Below, piece by piece: positions 17,978 through 27,216 of a stretch of 35,930 nt of DNA. The notes below the pieces were generated by a model. It was not told the origin of the DNA, did no database searches, and worked only from the letters and a program-made list of their open reading frames with translations. The stretch's first letter is position 1. Every line of letters begins with the position of its first letter. Source of the stretch: Candidatus Micrarchaeia archaeon (GTDB lineage Archaea > Micrarchaeota > Micrarchaeia > Norongarragalinales > UBA8480); the NCBI GenBank assembly GCA_039794045.1, contig JBAMLY010000002.1:1-35930 (forward strand), given 5' to 3'. The position numbers were made by a program, and so were the translations under genes.

Positions 17978-19408
17978 TTATTGTGCGCGCACTATTTTTA
18001 TGAAGTTTGTGTTCCTAGGGCCTCCGAACGGCAGGCCGGCCGCAATTATTACAAGGTCGTTTTTCGCGACGAGCTTGTTTTCCAACAGCGCTCGTGAGGC
18101 GTATTGCGCGGCTTCGTCGGCGTTTCGCGGTTCTTTTACGACTAGCGTTTGCGTTCCCCAGCAAAGCGCAAGCTGCCTCGCCGTTTTCTCGGATGGAGTT
18201 ACTGCAATTATGCTAGTGCGTGGCCTTAGCGATGAGATTAGAAAAGCAGTGCTGCCGGTTTCAGTAAACGCAGCTATTGCCGTGGCCGAGATTCTTTCTG
18301 CTGTTGCGCACACCGCGCTCGCGATTGCGCGGGGAATCGGGTTTTTCGATGGTGGGCAGTAGTTGTTCTGACGGGAATACTGGAGAAGGCGTTGTTCGAC
18401 GTGCGCCGCGATTTTCGCCATTGCCTCGACCGCGCGTACAGGATACTTGCCGAATGCGGTTTCTCCGGATAGCATTACTGCGTCGCTGCCGTCGAGAATG
18501 GCGTTGGCGACGTCGCTTACTTCCGCGCGCGTCGGGGAAGGGCTTGCAGTCATTGACTCGAGCATTTGCGTTGCCGTTATTACTGGCTTGCCTGCTGCAC
18601 CGCATTTGGCGATTATTGTTTTTTGAGCGCGCGGCACGTCCTCGAACGGAATTTGCACGCCGAGGTCGCCGCGCGCGACCATTACAGCGTCTGCCTCTGC
18701 AATTATTGCCTCTATATTCTCTAGGCCGGTTGCGTCTTCTATCTTGGCGATGATTTTTGTTTTCTCGCCGTTGTAGTACTGCAAGAGCTTGCGCAGTTTT
18801 GTGACGTCCTTGGCTGTGCGCACGAAGCTCTGCGCAATATAGTCGACGTCGTTCGCTACCGCCCATTCGACGTCTTTCCAGTCTTTGCCGCCGAAGGTTG
18901 GCTGGTCGAGGCGCGCGTTCGGAATGCTTACTCCCTTGAGGTCGCTGAGCGTTCCGCCAGTGACAACGCGGGCGACTGCGTGGTCCTTCTCTATTTTCTC
19001 GACTTTGACTTCTAGGAGGCCGTCCGAGAAATAGACGAGCTTGTGCTGCGCGAGCGTCTCCAAAAGGCGGGGATAGTTTATGTAAATGTTTTTACCTTGC
19101 GGCATCGCGCCGCCCTCGCCTCTTCCTGCAACGAGGTTGATTAATTCTCCTTCGCGCAGCTCGATGCCGCCGTTCGGAAATATGCCGACGCGTATTTTTG
19201 GGCCTTGAATATCGGCTACAACCGCTATTCTCTTGCCCGCTTTTTCAGCTGCCGCGCGCAAGAGCTTGAGGCGGTGCAGGTGGTCTTCATGCGTGCCGTG
19301 CGACATGTTGAAGCGCGCGACGTCCATTCCTGCCGCAATCATTTTATCTAATTGGTTTTCGCACGCGGGGCCGATCGTGCAGACTATCTTAGTTTTGCGG
19401 AAGTGCAA
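17978..19408 (-). CDS. pyk: Pyruvate kinase
   Basis: RKTKIVCTIGPA, ARFNMSHG, DIQGPKIR, IIAKIE, MVARGDLGV, ATQMLESM, PTRAEVSDVANAILDGSDAVMLSGETA. Confidence 0.98.
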   Translation of the reverse strand: MHFRKTKIVCTIGPACENQLDKMIAAGMDVARFNMSHGTHEDHLHRLKLLRAAAEKAGKRIAVVADIQGPKIRVGIFPNGGIELREGELINLVAGRGEGGAMPQGKNIYINYPRLLETLAQHKLVYFSDGLLEVKVEKIEKDHAVARVVTGGTLSDLKGVSIPNARLDQPTFGGKDWKDVEWAVANDVDYIAQSFVRTAKDVTKLRKLLQYYNGEKTKIIAKIEDATGLENIEAIIAEADAVMVARGDLGVQIPFEDVPRAQKTIIAKCGAAGKPVITATQMLESMTASPSPTRAEVSDVANAILDGSDAVMLSGETAFGKYPVRAVEAMAKIAAHVEQRLLQYSRQNNYCPPSKNPIPRAIASAVCATAERISATAIAAFTETGSTAFLISSLRPRTSIIAVTPSEKTARQLALCWGTQTLVVKEPRNADEAAQYASRALLENKLVAKNDLVIIAAGLPFGGPRNTNFIKIVRAQ

Positions 19409-19450
19409 GTCGTTTCGCCTTTGAATTATTGGTTGCTTAGAAAACGAATA

Positions 19451-19525
19451 TGGACCCGGTGCGATTTGAACGCACGACCGCTCGATTATCAGTCGAGTGC
19501 TCCAACCAGGCTGAGCTACGGGTCC
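19451..19525 (-). tRNA. tRNA-Ile(GAT)
   Basis: Acceptor GGACCCG/CGGGTCC+A; anticodon arm CTCGA-CTGATAA-TCGAG; T arm GTGCG-TTCAAAT-CGCAC. Confidence 0.96.
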
Positions 19526-19659
19526 ATTAACGCGAGTTTATTTTTGTTCTCTTTTTGCGGTCACCGTGTGCGCCCTTTGAGGGGTCCGACGGGTCATTCT
19601 GAAATAATTTTCGTGTTAAAGTATTTTTAATGTATTGCGAGTGTATCCGGCGTGGGTGC

Positions 19660-20046
19660 TTAATTGTTTTTGCGGCGGAGTGCAGCGATTGCTTTTTCAA
19701 TGGTTGCGCGTTTTTTTTCTGAGTCTTTCTTGAAGTCTTCGTCTAGTTTTTTTCTGAGTTCGTTGGTGAGCGGCGGCTCGTCGAACTTCTTGAACTCAGC
19801 AGTTTTTTCGCTGACTTCGTATTGCAGTACTGCGAGGCGAATTCCTTTTTCGGGTGCGTTGTTGTTCGCGAACTTCAAGAGCACGACGTGAGTCGTTGAA
19901 GGGTCTTTTTTCACGAGTTCCCTGAGTTCCTTGTTTAATTCATTGAATTTTATTACGCGGTGGATTCCGAACACTCTGTAATCAGGGTGTTTTTTTGCGA
20001 GTTGCTTGCGTGAGTCGTTGAGCATGACGTTTATTCCTTCTTCCAT
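19660..20046 (-). CDS. Small cytosolic hypothetical protein, candidate immunity protein
   Basis: ATG at 20046 overlaps the upstream TGA (TGATG), with GGAGG upstream; 128 aa, charged, no signal peptide (track start 20079). Confidence 0.7.
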   Translation of the reverse strand: MEEGINVMLNDSRKQLAKKHPDYRVFGIHRVIKFNELNKELRELVKKDPSTTHVVLLKFANNNAPEKGIRLAVLQYEVSEKTAEFKKFDEPPLTNELRKKLDEDFKKDSEKKRATIEKAIAALRRKNN

Positions 20047-23000
20047 CACTGGGGCATCTCCTCCAAAACTTCTTTCCATCCCTTTTTTTCAGCAAAACTC
20101 TTTATTTGTTCGAGAATTATTTGAGTATACTTTGCGGCGTCTTCTTCTGTTGAGATGGCAGTCGCGTGGCTGAATGCAGTGTAACGCCCGCCGTATTTTT
20201 TGGCCAGCCTTCCGAAAACTTTTTCTGCGATTTCTTCAAACATTCCCGTCCTAGCTTCCGCGTCAGTCAATGCAGTTTCAAGTAGGGCGTGGTCGCTGGC
20301 CGAAAGCGAGATTACTTCGTTACAGTTAAAGCAGTTGCCAGCAAATCCTTTTCCGTCGTGCAAAACCCATAATACTTTGTCTGCTCGCGGCTGCTGGTAC
20401 CAAGACTGCGGCAGAACTTCTTCTTTAAAGCCCTTGACTGCGTCCTTCAAGAACTGCTTGGTTTTTGTCTCGCCTGCCACTGAAGCAAATCCTTCAAAAA
20501 AGTCTTCAAAGCTTTTGATGTAAGCGTCAAAGAAGTAGAGTTCTCCTGACGCGTACCTTAAAATTATTTGTTGCCAGGGCTTTAGCGCTTCGCCGTAGCC
20601 GCCCGCGTCAATGTATTTCGCGACTAACTCTTTGGACTTGGTTTCTTGCACGTACAAGTTTCCACCGTGTGGGTCTGCCACTGCTCCTCCGCTTTCCCAC
20701 TCTCTCGCGGCCACCTTGCCGAACAATTTGTCTCGCTCGCTCCACTTCAAGCCGCGGACGGGCACTTCTCGTGGCACGTACTCAGTAAAGTAGAGCAGGC
20801 GCGGGAAGCCCTCTACTTCAATGATTGGCGGGTTTTCTGCAAAAAATGTTTTCGCGCCTATTCCTTTTTCGTTTAAATTCTTCAAGCTATTGATTTCTTC
20901 TATTTGATCGCTTAAAGGCATGAAGTCGTCCAGGCGGCTCAAAGCTGAAACAACTACGGCGTTTTTTTCGCCGTCTGCCGTCTTGTAAGTGATTTCGAGG
21001 GCCGTCTTAAAGCGTCCCTTGCCCAGCAAGACCGGCTCCTCGACTTTAGTGACTTTCTTGCCTGTCGCTCGGGATATTTCAGCTGCAATTAGGTCCTTGT
21101 TTTCTTTAACGTACTTCCTGATGAGTTGGGGGACGGTGGGCTCGGAAGTAATGAGTTTCGGCATTTCTTTGACGACGCTGGTTTGAATTTCTGAAGGCAG
21201 TGGTTTTACTACTGTGGTGGCTGAGTCGACTTGCTTTCTTGGCGCGGTTCCAATCTGGGGAGTTGAACTGCAAAAGATTTCGCCGCAGTAAAACGGGCTT
21301 TCCAGGGCTTTCAGTGCTTTGTCCCTGTTTTTTGCTTCCACGGCTGCGCCAAGCATTTTTTTTATTGGCGTCCTAGCAGTAGCCGCAATTTTTTTGGGCG
21401 TGCGCGACAAGAAAGATGCCTTTGTTTTCGGCCAGCTCGCTTCAAGCGAGTCAATGGCTTTGCCTAGCTTGATTGCCAGTGACTCTGTTGCTGGCTTGAC
21501 GCCTTCCACGGCGAGTTTCTTCGCGCCATTCTTGAGCTTTGAGAGAGTAGTAGAAGTTTTTACGCCGAATGCAATGAAAGCGATTTCGCAGGGAGTCACT
21601 TCTAGCTCGCCTTTTTCAATCGAGTTTTTCGCGATGGAGTACACAGAGTAAGCGGTTGCTGCGTCTCCCGCGTAGCCCAGAACTGCCGCGCCAGCGCCGC
21701 CCGTCAAGGCACTTAAAGCCATTGCTCCCGCCATCGTTGCTATGAACTCCGGCATGGCGAATGGGGCGAGGCAATTAATTATTTTTGTCTTAGTTTTTTC
21801 TGTTGAGTACTGCGACGAAATAACTCTTTGCGCGGCCTTGACTGCGTTGTTGCTTAAACCGTATTTAGCGCTTAACTCAATTGTTTGGTTGGCGTAGTCT
21901 AGCGCTGAATTGAAGGCGTAAAGCTTTTCTGCTCTCTCCCTTAAAGCGTTCAAGGCTTGAACGAGTCCCTCTGGAGAGCCGCCTTTCTCTATTAAAGCGG
22001 TTACTACTGGGCTAGGCGGTGTTTTCTTGTCCAGTGCTGGAAGGTCTTCCCGTAGGTTGAGCAGCGCTACGTAGTAAGAACAATAAGTTGCTTCAGGGGA
22101 GCCCTTGTAGAAGTTGCTTTGAAGCACTTGAAGGCAGTTTTCTTTGTTTATAGTGGTTTGGGGGGTGCCGTAGAACGCCATTCTCTCGCTGAAAGGCGAG
22201 TTCAAGTCTTGTTCCTCGATTACTTTTGGGATGTTGAGTTGTGGCAGGGTTTGGCCTGGAACCGCTAAGTTGATTAACTCGCTTTTCGGGGCAAAGATTT
22301 TTCCTTGTCCTTCAAAGAGTTTTGCTTGCAAGTCGTTCGCGGCGCTCAACACTCTTTCTTTGAACTCGCTTTCAAGTTCTTCGCGCAGCGAGGAATCGCC
22401 TCTAGCGAGACGAACCATGACGTCTTCGCTTCCGCTTGCTTGTTGCTCTTGAATGCGTTGGAGAACAAAGGCAGTGAAGTCGCGTTGGTAGGCGTAAGCG
22501 TAAGAGTCGCAGCCGAGCGTGGAAACTGTTTCAAACAACGACGTTTTCAGGGGGTCTGAGTTACAGTAGATTACGAGGTTAGTTAGCGAGGCGAGATCGT
22601 CGTTTAAGAGTTTAAACACTTTTTCTTTTACGGCTTCTTCGTTGAAGGCGTTCAATACTTGCTTTATTGTGGCCTGCCTTTGCTTTTCGTCTTCGAATAC
22701 GCCGTAGTGCCTGGAAGTAACGTTTATTAGTTCCGCGTAAGCCTTCGCGTAAGCTTCTTTTTCTTCATCATTCAAGAAAGCCTTTGACGACAGCTCCTCT
22801 ATTTTTTTTCTTTGTTGCTTGATTTTTGAGGCGTCTTTGCCGTAAGCTATTTCCAGGAGTTCGTCCTCGTATTTTTCAATGTATTCCTTGGCAGAGTATT
22901 TCTTTGGCGTCACCACCACCGAGCCGTCCAACAAGTAGTACTTGTATCCCTCGAACCAAAAGCGTGCTTCTGCGTCGCCTGCGTCGGTTGAGTAAGTCAC

Positions 23001-23360
23001 CAGCACTTTGTAGATTCCTGGCTTTGTGAAGGGAATGGAGAGCGAGGCAGTCGCAGTCAGTTTCTTTCCTTGTTGGAGGAAAACTGTTTGGCTCGCCGCG
23101 AGGAAGGGTCGCGGGTCAAATGCTTCGGGTTTGGCGAGGTCGGAAGAAGAAACTTTTAAAAGGTAGGCGCTCACGTTAGCGGTTGTTCCAGTTGTTGCGG
23201 TGATTGTGGCCTGCGCTTTAAGAGTGGCGCCCGTCGCGACGAACTGCGTTGAAGCATCGTCTGCGAGCTTTATTGAGTCAATCGAGGCTGTGGCTGGTTG
23301 GACTGCTAGCGCCAGGAAGGCAAAGAACGCGAAAACCATTGCGAGTTTTTTTTGCTTCAT
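20046..23360 (-). CDS. Large secreted protein with C-terminal protein-kinase-like domain (putative effector/toxin)
   Basis: Signal peptide MKQKKLAMVFAFFAFLALAVQPATA; Gly/Ala hydrophobic segment at ~res 539-575; kinase motifs LLGKGRFKTA, EE, FTEYV, ADPHGGNL, YIDAG. Confidence 0.8.
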   Translation of the reverse strand: MKQKKLAMVFAFFAFLALAVQPATASIDSIKLADDASTQFVATGATLKAQATITATTGTTANVSAYLLKVSSSDLAKPEAFDPRPFLAASQTVFLQQGKKLTATASLSIPFTKPGIYKVLVTYSTDAGDAEARFWFEGYKYYLLDGSVVVTPKKYSAKEYIEKYEDELLEIAYGKDASKIKQQRKKIEELSSKAFLNDEEKEAYAKAYAELINVTSRHYGVFEDEKQRQATIKQVLNAFNEEAVKEKVFKLLNDDLASLTNLVIYCNSDPLKTSLFETVSTLGCDSYAYAYQRDFTAFVLQRIQEQQASGSEDVMVRLARGDSSLREELESEFKERVLSAANDLQAKLFEGQGKIFAPKSELINLAVPGQTLPQLNIPKVIEEQDLNSPFSERMAFYGTPQTTINKENCLQVLQSNFYKGSPEATYCSYYVALLNLREDLPALDKKTPPSPVVTALIEKGGSPEGLVQALNALRERAEKLYAFNSALDYANQTIELSAKYGLSNNAVKAAQRVISSQYSTEKTKTKIINCLAPFAMPEFIATMAGAMALSALTGGAGAAVLGYAGDAATAYSVYSIAKNSIEKGELEVTPCEIAFIAFGVKTSTTLSKLKNGAKKLAVEGVKPATESLAIKLGKAIDSLEASWPKTKASFLSRTPKKIAATARTPIKKMLGAAVEAKNRDKALKALESPFYCGEIFCSSTPQIGTAPRKQVDSATTVVKPLPSEIQTSVVKEMPKLITSEPTVPQLIRKYVKENKDLIAAEISRATGKKVTKVEEPVLLGKGRFKTALEITYKTADGEKNAVVVSALSRLDDFMPLSDQIEEINSLKNLNEKGIGAKTFFAENPPIIEVEGFPRLLYFTEYVPREVPVRGLKWSERDKLFGKVAAREWESGGAVADPHGGNLYVQETKSKELVAKYIDAGGYGEALKPWQQIILRYASGELYFFDAYIKSFEDFFEGFASVAGETKTKQFLKDAVKGFKEEVLPQSWYQQPRADKVLWVLHDGKGFAGNCFNCNEVISLSASDHALLETALTDAEARTGMFEEIAEKVFGRLAKKYGGRYTAFSHATAISTEEDAAKYTQIILEQIKSFAEKKGWKEVLEEMPQ

Positions 23361-23365
23361 TATAG

Positions 23366-25300
23366 TTACCCGTACTGTGGTTGCTGCAGCAACGAATTGA
23401 ATTCCTGCCTGTCGTTTTTAGTGCCCGCGCTTGTTGCGTAAGCCCACTTTTCTTCTAGTTTTGTGGCGGAAGCGGTTTCAGTGGAAGCATTAACTCCGTA
23501 GTCGTTCAGTGGAGCGGAGAGGGTTACTGCGTAGACTTCGCCGCCTTCGAGTCTCAATGCGGCGAGGGGTGGCGCCAAGCCGCTTAAGTCGCATTCGTAT
23601 GAATAGTCTGCCGTTCTAAAGATTTGAGTGCGCTTGTAGTTCCCGTGGTGTTGGGGGTAGAGCTGCGCGTATTGCTCGGCTGAAGAAAACTTTGAAGCAA
23701 ACAATTTGGCGGCTGCACTGAATTCTTGGTTGAATGCTTCCAGGGATGCTTTGAGGGCGTCGCACGAACAGTAATTGTCGGAGCAGAGCATTGAGTCGTA
23801 CGAGCCTGCAGGAGTATCTGCGTAGAGTGCGAGGCTGTCTTTGCTTGGGTCTTTCTGGAACGAGCCGCTCTCGCTTTCTGTGGCGTACATTGTTTCGTCT
23901 GCTTGCTTTTCTTGAGCGCTTAAAGTAGCTACGGGCACTCCGTCGTCTGACACGACGCAGGACCTGTTGGTGAAGTCGTTTAAGCCGAGGGCGGCAAGCG
24001 ATTTCGTTGCCGAGAAAGGCGGGAGAATTGTTTTGGTGGGAAAGCCGCATCCTTCCACGGTCAAGGGAAACGGGTAGTTATTTATTGCTATGAATGGTTT
24101 TTTGGTGTTTGAATTCGAGTAGAACGACAGAGTGCGCGGGGAAGTGATTACGTCGTCTAACGCGTTGCCAGTAGCTTGCGGGGGTTGCTGGAACACGATT
24201 ATTGAGGCAGGTATTGCGAAAGAGTTTATTCCGTCCGGCGAGTAACGGAGTTCCCCGCTTACTTCGATGATTGGCTGGTTTGACGACGAATTCCAAAGCA
24301 TTCCTGCCTTGCGTGGCAGCTTGCTTGCATCAACGGTTATTGTTGCCTCGAATTGTTTTGAAGCGTTTTCTTTCTTTGAGAGAGTTATTGAAGCATATTT
24401 TGCTAGTTCTCCTTTCAAGAGCGTGAGTGGCTTTTCAAGGACGTCGGACTCGATGGTTACGCTTTCTGAAGCGAGGGGGTTGACGTTGGAAACTACTGCG
24501 AGCGCGAAAACCGTTTCAGGGAGTTGTTGTGGAAGAATTTTTTTCCCACAATTGAATTCGCCTTTGCTGAGTACTGCAGCGCACTCTAGGACGGCACTGA
24601 TTTTTTGTTCGACTTCTTTTTGGGATTGCCAGGCGTTGTTTAATTGTGTTTGCGCGTTGAAGGCGTTTGGTGGCGTCATGCCTGGCGCGTTGGCTGCTTG
24701 TGACAATGCGTTGGCGAGTTGCTCTATTTGCTCGCGGCTTACTGGTTCGGGAATGACTAAGCGGATTACTGCCGAGCTGCTTTTACCGTTTTTGAATATT
24801 ATGGTACGCTGGACTTTCCCGCCTGCATTCAGTTTTTCTGCGACTAAGAGGACTGGGTCTTCTAAGATTATTTCGAAGTTGTCTAAGTCGTAGCCTTCTA
24901 GCGTTGCTTCTTCGGTAGTGGAAGCAAGTTTTTTGGGTATTGCTTCGAGGACGCGGAAAGAGGCTTGGCGTTCGCCCTTGTTTTCGAATGAGACTGAGTC
25001 GTAGTAAGCACCTTCCCGGAATCCGGTCTTGGAACTAGCTTGCACGAACGAGTTGTTGATTATGAAGTCGGCGGCGAGTTCTGCTTGGCTGGAGGGGGGA
25101 GGCGAGTGAGTTTCTTGTTGGAGCGCTTTTTCTTGCGTGGCTTGCGGTGTTGTCTCGGTTGGCTTTTGTTGGGCTAACTGGTTTTGCGTTAGCAGTAACG
25201 CTGTTGCCAGCGCGACTGCAGCGATTGCGGTTAGTGCTAGGAACCACGCATTGGCGTTGCCGTCGAGTTTTTCTTTTCTTGTTTGGGTGGAGCGCTTCAT
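23366..25300 (-). CDS. Membrane-anchored extracellular hypothetical protein
   Basis: N-terminal basic stretch plus TM helix, Gln/Thr/Pro linker, beta-rich domains, Cys cluster CSDNYCSC; stop lies 5 nt before the next start. Confidence 0.8.
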   Translation of the reverse strand: MKRSTQTRKEKLDGNANAWFLALTAIAAVALATALLLTQNQLAQQKPTETTPQATQEKALQQETHSPPPSSQAELAADFIINNSFVQASSKTGFREGAYYDSVSFENKGERQASFRVLEAIPKKLASTTEEATLEGYDLDNFEIILEDPVLLVAEKLNAGGKVQRTIIFKNGKSSSAVIRLVIPEPVSREQIEQLANALSQAANAPGMTPPNAFNAQTQLNNAWQSQKEVEQKISAVLECAAVLSKGEFNCGKKILPQQLPETVFALAVVSNVNPLASESVTIESDVLEKPLTLLKGELAKYASITLSKKENASKQFEATITVDASKLPRKAGMLWNSSSNQPIIEVSGELRYSPDGINSFAIPASIIVFQQPPQATGNALDDVITSPRTLSFYSNSNTKKPFIAINNYPFPLTVEGCGFPTKTILPPFSATKSLAALGLNDFTNRSCVVSDDGVPVATLSAQEKQADETMYATESESGSFQKDPSKDSLALYADTPAGSYDSMLCSDNYCSCDALKASLEAFNQEFSAAAKLFASKFSSAEQYAQLYPQHHGNYKRTQIFRTADYSYECDLSGLAPPLAALRLEGGEVYAVTLSAPLNDYGVNASTETASATKLEEKWAYATSAGTKNDRQEFNSLLQQPQYG

Positions 25301-25344
25301 TTTTCCGCATAATTATTTTGCGGTCGCTCATAAAAAGGTTGTTT

Positions 25345-26517
25345 TTATAGTCCTGCTTCCTTCCTTAGTTCTTCGGCTTTGTCTGTTTTTTCCCACGTGA
25401 AGTCTGGGTCGTCTCGCCCGAAGTGGCCGTACGCCGATGTTTTGCTGTAGATTGGGCGGCGCAGGTTTAATTCTTTGATTATTTGAGCGGGGCGGAGTTT
25501 GAAGTGTTTTCTTATGAGTTCCTCTATTTTTTTCTCAGGGATTTTGTTGGTTCCCTGGCAGTTTACCATTAATGAGACTGGGTCGGCTACTCCGATGCAG
25601 TAAGCGATTTGCACTTCGCATTTGTCGGCAATACCTGCTGCTACGATGTTTTTTGCGATGTAGCGCGCCATGTAGGCCGCGCTGCGGTCTACTTTGCTGG
25701 GGTCTTTTCCGCTGAAGCACCCGCCTCCATGCGAGCCGACTCCGCCGTAAGTGTCGACTATTATTTTGCGTCCGGTTACGCCGGTGTCTGCTGCTGGTCC
25801 TCCGAGCACGAACCTTCCGGTGGCGTTAATGTGGTACTGCGTTTTCTCGTCAATCCATTTGCCGCATACTGGCTTGATTACTTTCTCTATTATTTCGCGC
25901 CTGATTTCTTCGTTTGAGGGCTCGGGGTCGTGTTGTGCTGCTATTACTATCGCGTGCACCCTCTTTGGTTTTCCGTCCACGTATTCTACTGAAACCTGTG
26001 ATTTGCCGTCTGGCCTAAGCCATGGAATTATTTTCTTTTTCCTGCATTCGGCGAGGCGGTAGGTGAGTTTGTGGGCAAGCGTTATTGGAAGCGGCATGAA
26101 TTCAGGTGTTTCGTTTGTGGCGTAGCCGAACATTAGTCCTTGGTCGCCTGCGCCTTGTTCTTCCTCGTTTTTTTTCACTACTCCTATTGCGATGTCTGGG
26201 GATTGCTCGTGTATGGCGACGAGGACTGCGGCTGAGTCGAAGTTAAAGTGGTATTCTGGTTTGGTGTAGCCAATGTCTTTTATTGCTCCGCGAATGGTTT
26301 CTTGCACGTCAATGTAGCAGTTAGTTGTTACTTCACCAGCTACTATGACGAGGCCGGTGCTCACTAGTGTTTCAACGGCGACGCGTGCTTTGGGGTCTTT
26401 CGCGTATATCGCGTCCAGTATGCTGTCGCTTATGCGGTCGCATACTTTGTCGGGGTGGCCCTCCGTAACTGATTCCGAAGTAAAGATGTAGCTGCCTTTC
26501 CCGAATTCTACTGCCAT
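25345..26517 (-). CDS. metK: S-adenosylmethionine synthetase, bacterial/eukaryotic type
   Basis: [71 protein letters not shown]. Confidence 0.98.
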   Translation of the reverse strand: MAVEFGKGSYIFTSESVTEGHPDKVCDRISDSILDAIYAKDPKARVAVETLVSTGLVIVAGEVTTNCYIDVQETIRGAIKDIGYTKPEYHFNFDSAAVLVAIHEQSPDIAIGVVKKNEEEQGAGDQGLMFGYATNETPEFMPLPITLAHKLTYRLAECRKKKIIPWLRPDGKSQVSVEYVDGKPKRVHAIVIAAQHDPEPSNEEIRREIIEKVIKPVCGKWIDEKTQYHINATGRFVLGGPAADTGVTGRKIIVDTYGGVGSHGGGCFSGKDPSKVDRSAAYMARYIAKNIVAAGIADKCEVQIAYCIGVADPVSLMVNCQGTNKIPEKKIEELIRKHFKLRPAQIIKELNLRRPIYSKTSAYGHFGRDDPDFTWEKTDKAEELRKEAGL

Positions 26518-26640
26518 TAGAACACCTCGTTGCTTTTTTTCAGTAGTTTTTTTCGCGCTTTGAAGCCGAAGAAGCCAACAAAGTTCGGCGTTGGTTTTAA
26601 TAATATTTTGTGTTAAGATTATTCCTAAAAGAATAACTGG

Positions 26641-27207
26641 TTGTTTTGCTTGGTTTTGGTTCTTCCTTCCTTGTCAGAGATAAGGCGCTTGCGCAGGAGG
26701 CTGGGATTGACTCAAAGCGAGTTGGCGCGGCGGGCAGGCGTTTCTCAGTCGCTAGTCGCGAAAGTTGAGGGAGGCCGGCTTCACCCGAGCTACTTGATTG
26801 CCTTGAAGTTGTTTTCTGTTTTGGAAGAGGTTGGAGGAGAAAGCGAGAGGACGGCTGGCGAGGTCATGAACAAGAAGGTGGTATGCGTTTCTTGCTCGGA
26901 TAATTTGAGGGTTGCCGTAGAAAAAATGCGGGCGAATGAATTCTCGCAGCTTCCAGTAATGGATGGCGAGAGGGTCGTTGGAATGGTTTCCGAGGCAAGC
27001 GTTTTGGATGCTTTCTGGCGCGGCAGCAACGCCAAGACCGTGCGCGAGGTCATGGAGGAAGCGCCGCCTATTGTTTCGCTTGGAACTTCTACTCGCGTGG
27101 TGGCGCTGATGCTGAAACACTGTCCGCTCGTGCTCGTAGCTGACGAGGGGCGCGTGAGCGGCGTGATAACTCGGGCTGACTTGCTTTACGCGCAAGCGCT
27201 TGAGTAA
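26641..27207 (+). CDS. XRE-HTH transcriptional regulator with C-terminal CBS pair (COG3620-like)
   Basis: [34 protein letters not shown] motifs [21 protein letters not shown]. True start may be TTG 26650 or 26656. Confidence 0.92.
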   Translation: MFCLVLVLPSLSEIRRLRRRLGLTQSELARRAGVSQSLVAKVEGGRLHPSYLIALKLFSVLEEVGGESERTAGEVMNKKVVCVSCSDNLRVAVEKMRANEFSQLPVMDGERVVGMVSEASVLDAFWRGSNAKTVREVMEEAPPIVSLGTSTRVVALMLKHCPLVLVADEGRVSGVITRADLLYAQALE

Positions 27208-27216
27208 AGCTGGTGA

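Noticed and set aside
19451..25300. Effector cassette as an element integrated at tRNA-Ile
   Set aside because: The cassette lies 5' of the tRNA, not at its 3' end; no integrase and no duplicated tRNA fragment were seen.
26518..26600. SAM riboswitch or pseudoknot in the metK leader (interleaved CCAAC/GTTGG and GCCGAA/TTCGGC repeats)
   Set aside because: No SAM-I/II/III/V consensus, a zero-length loop 1, and the repeats probably overlap the promoter rather than the transcript.
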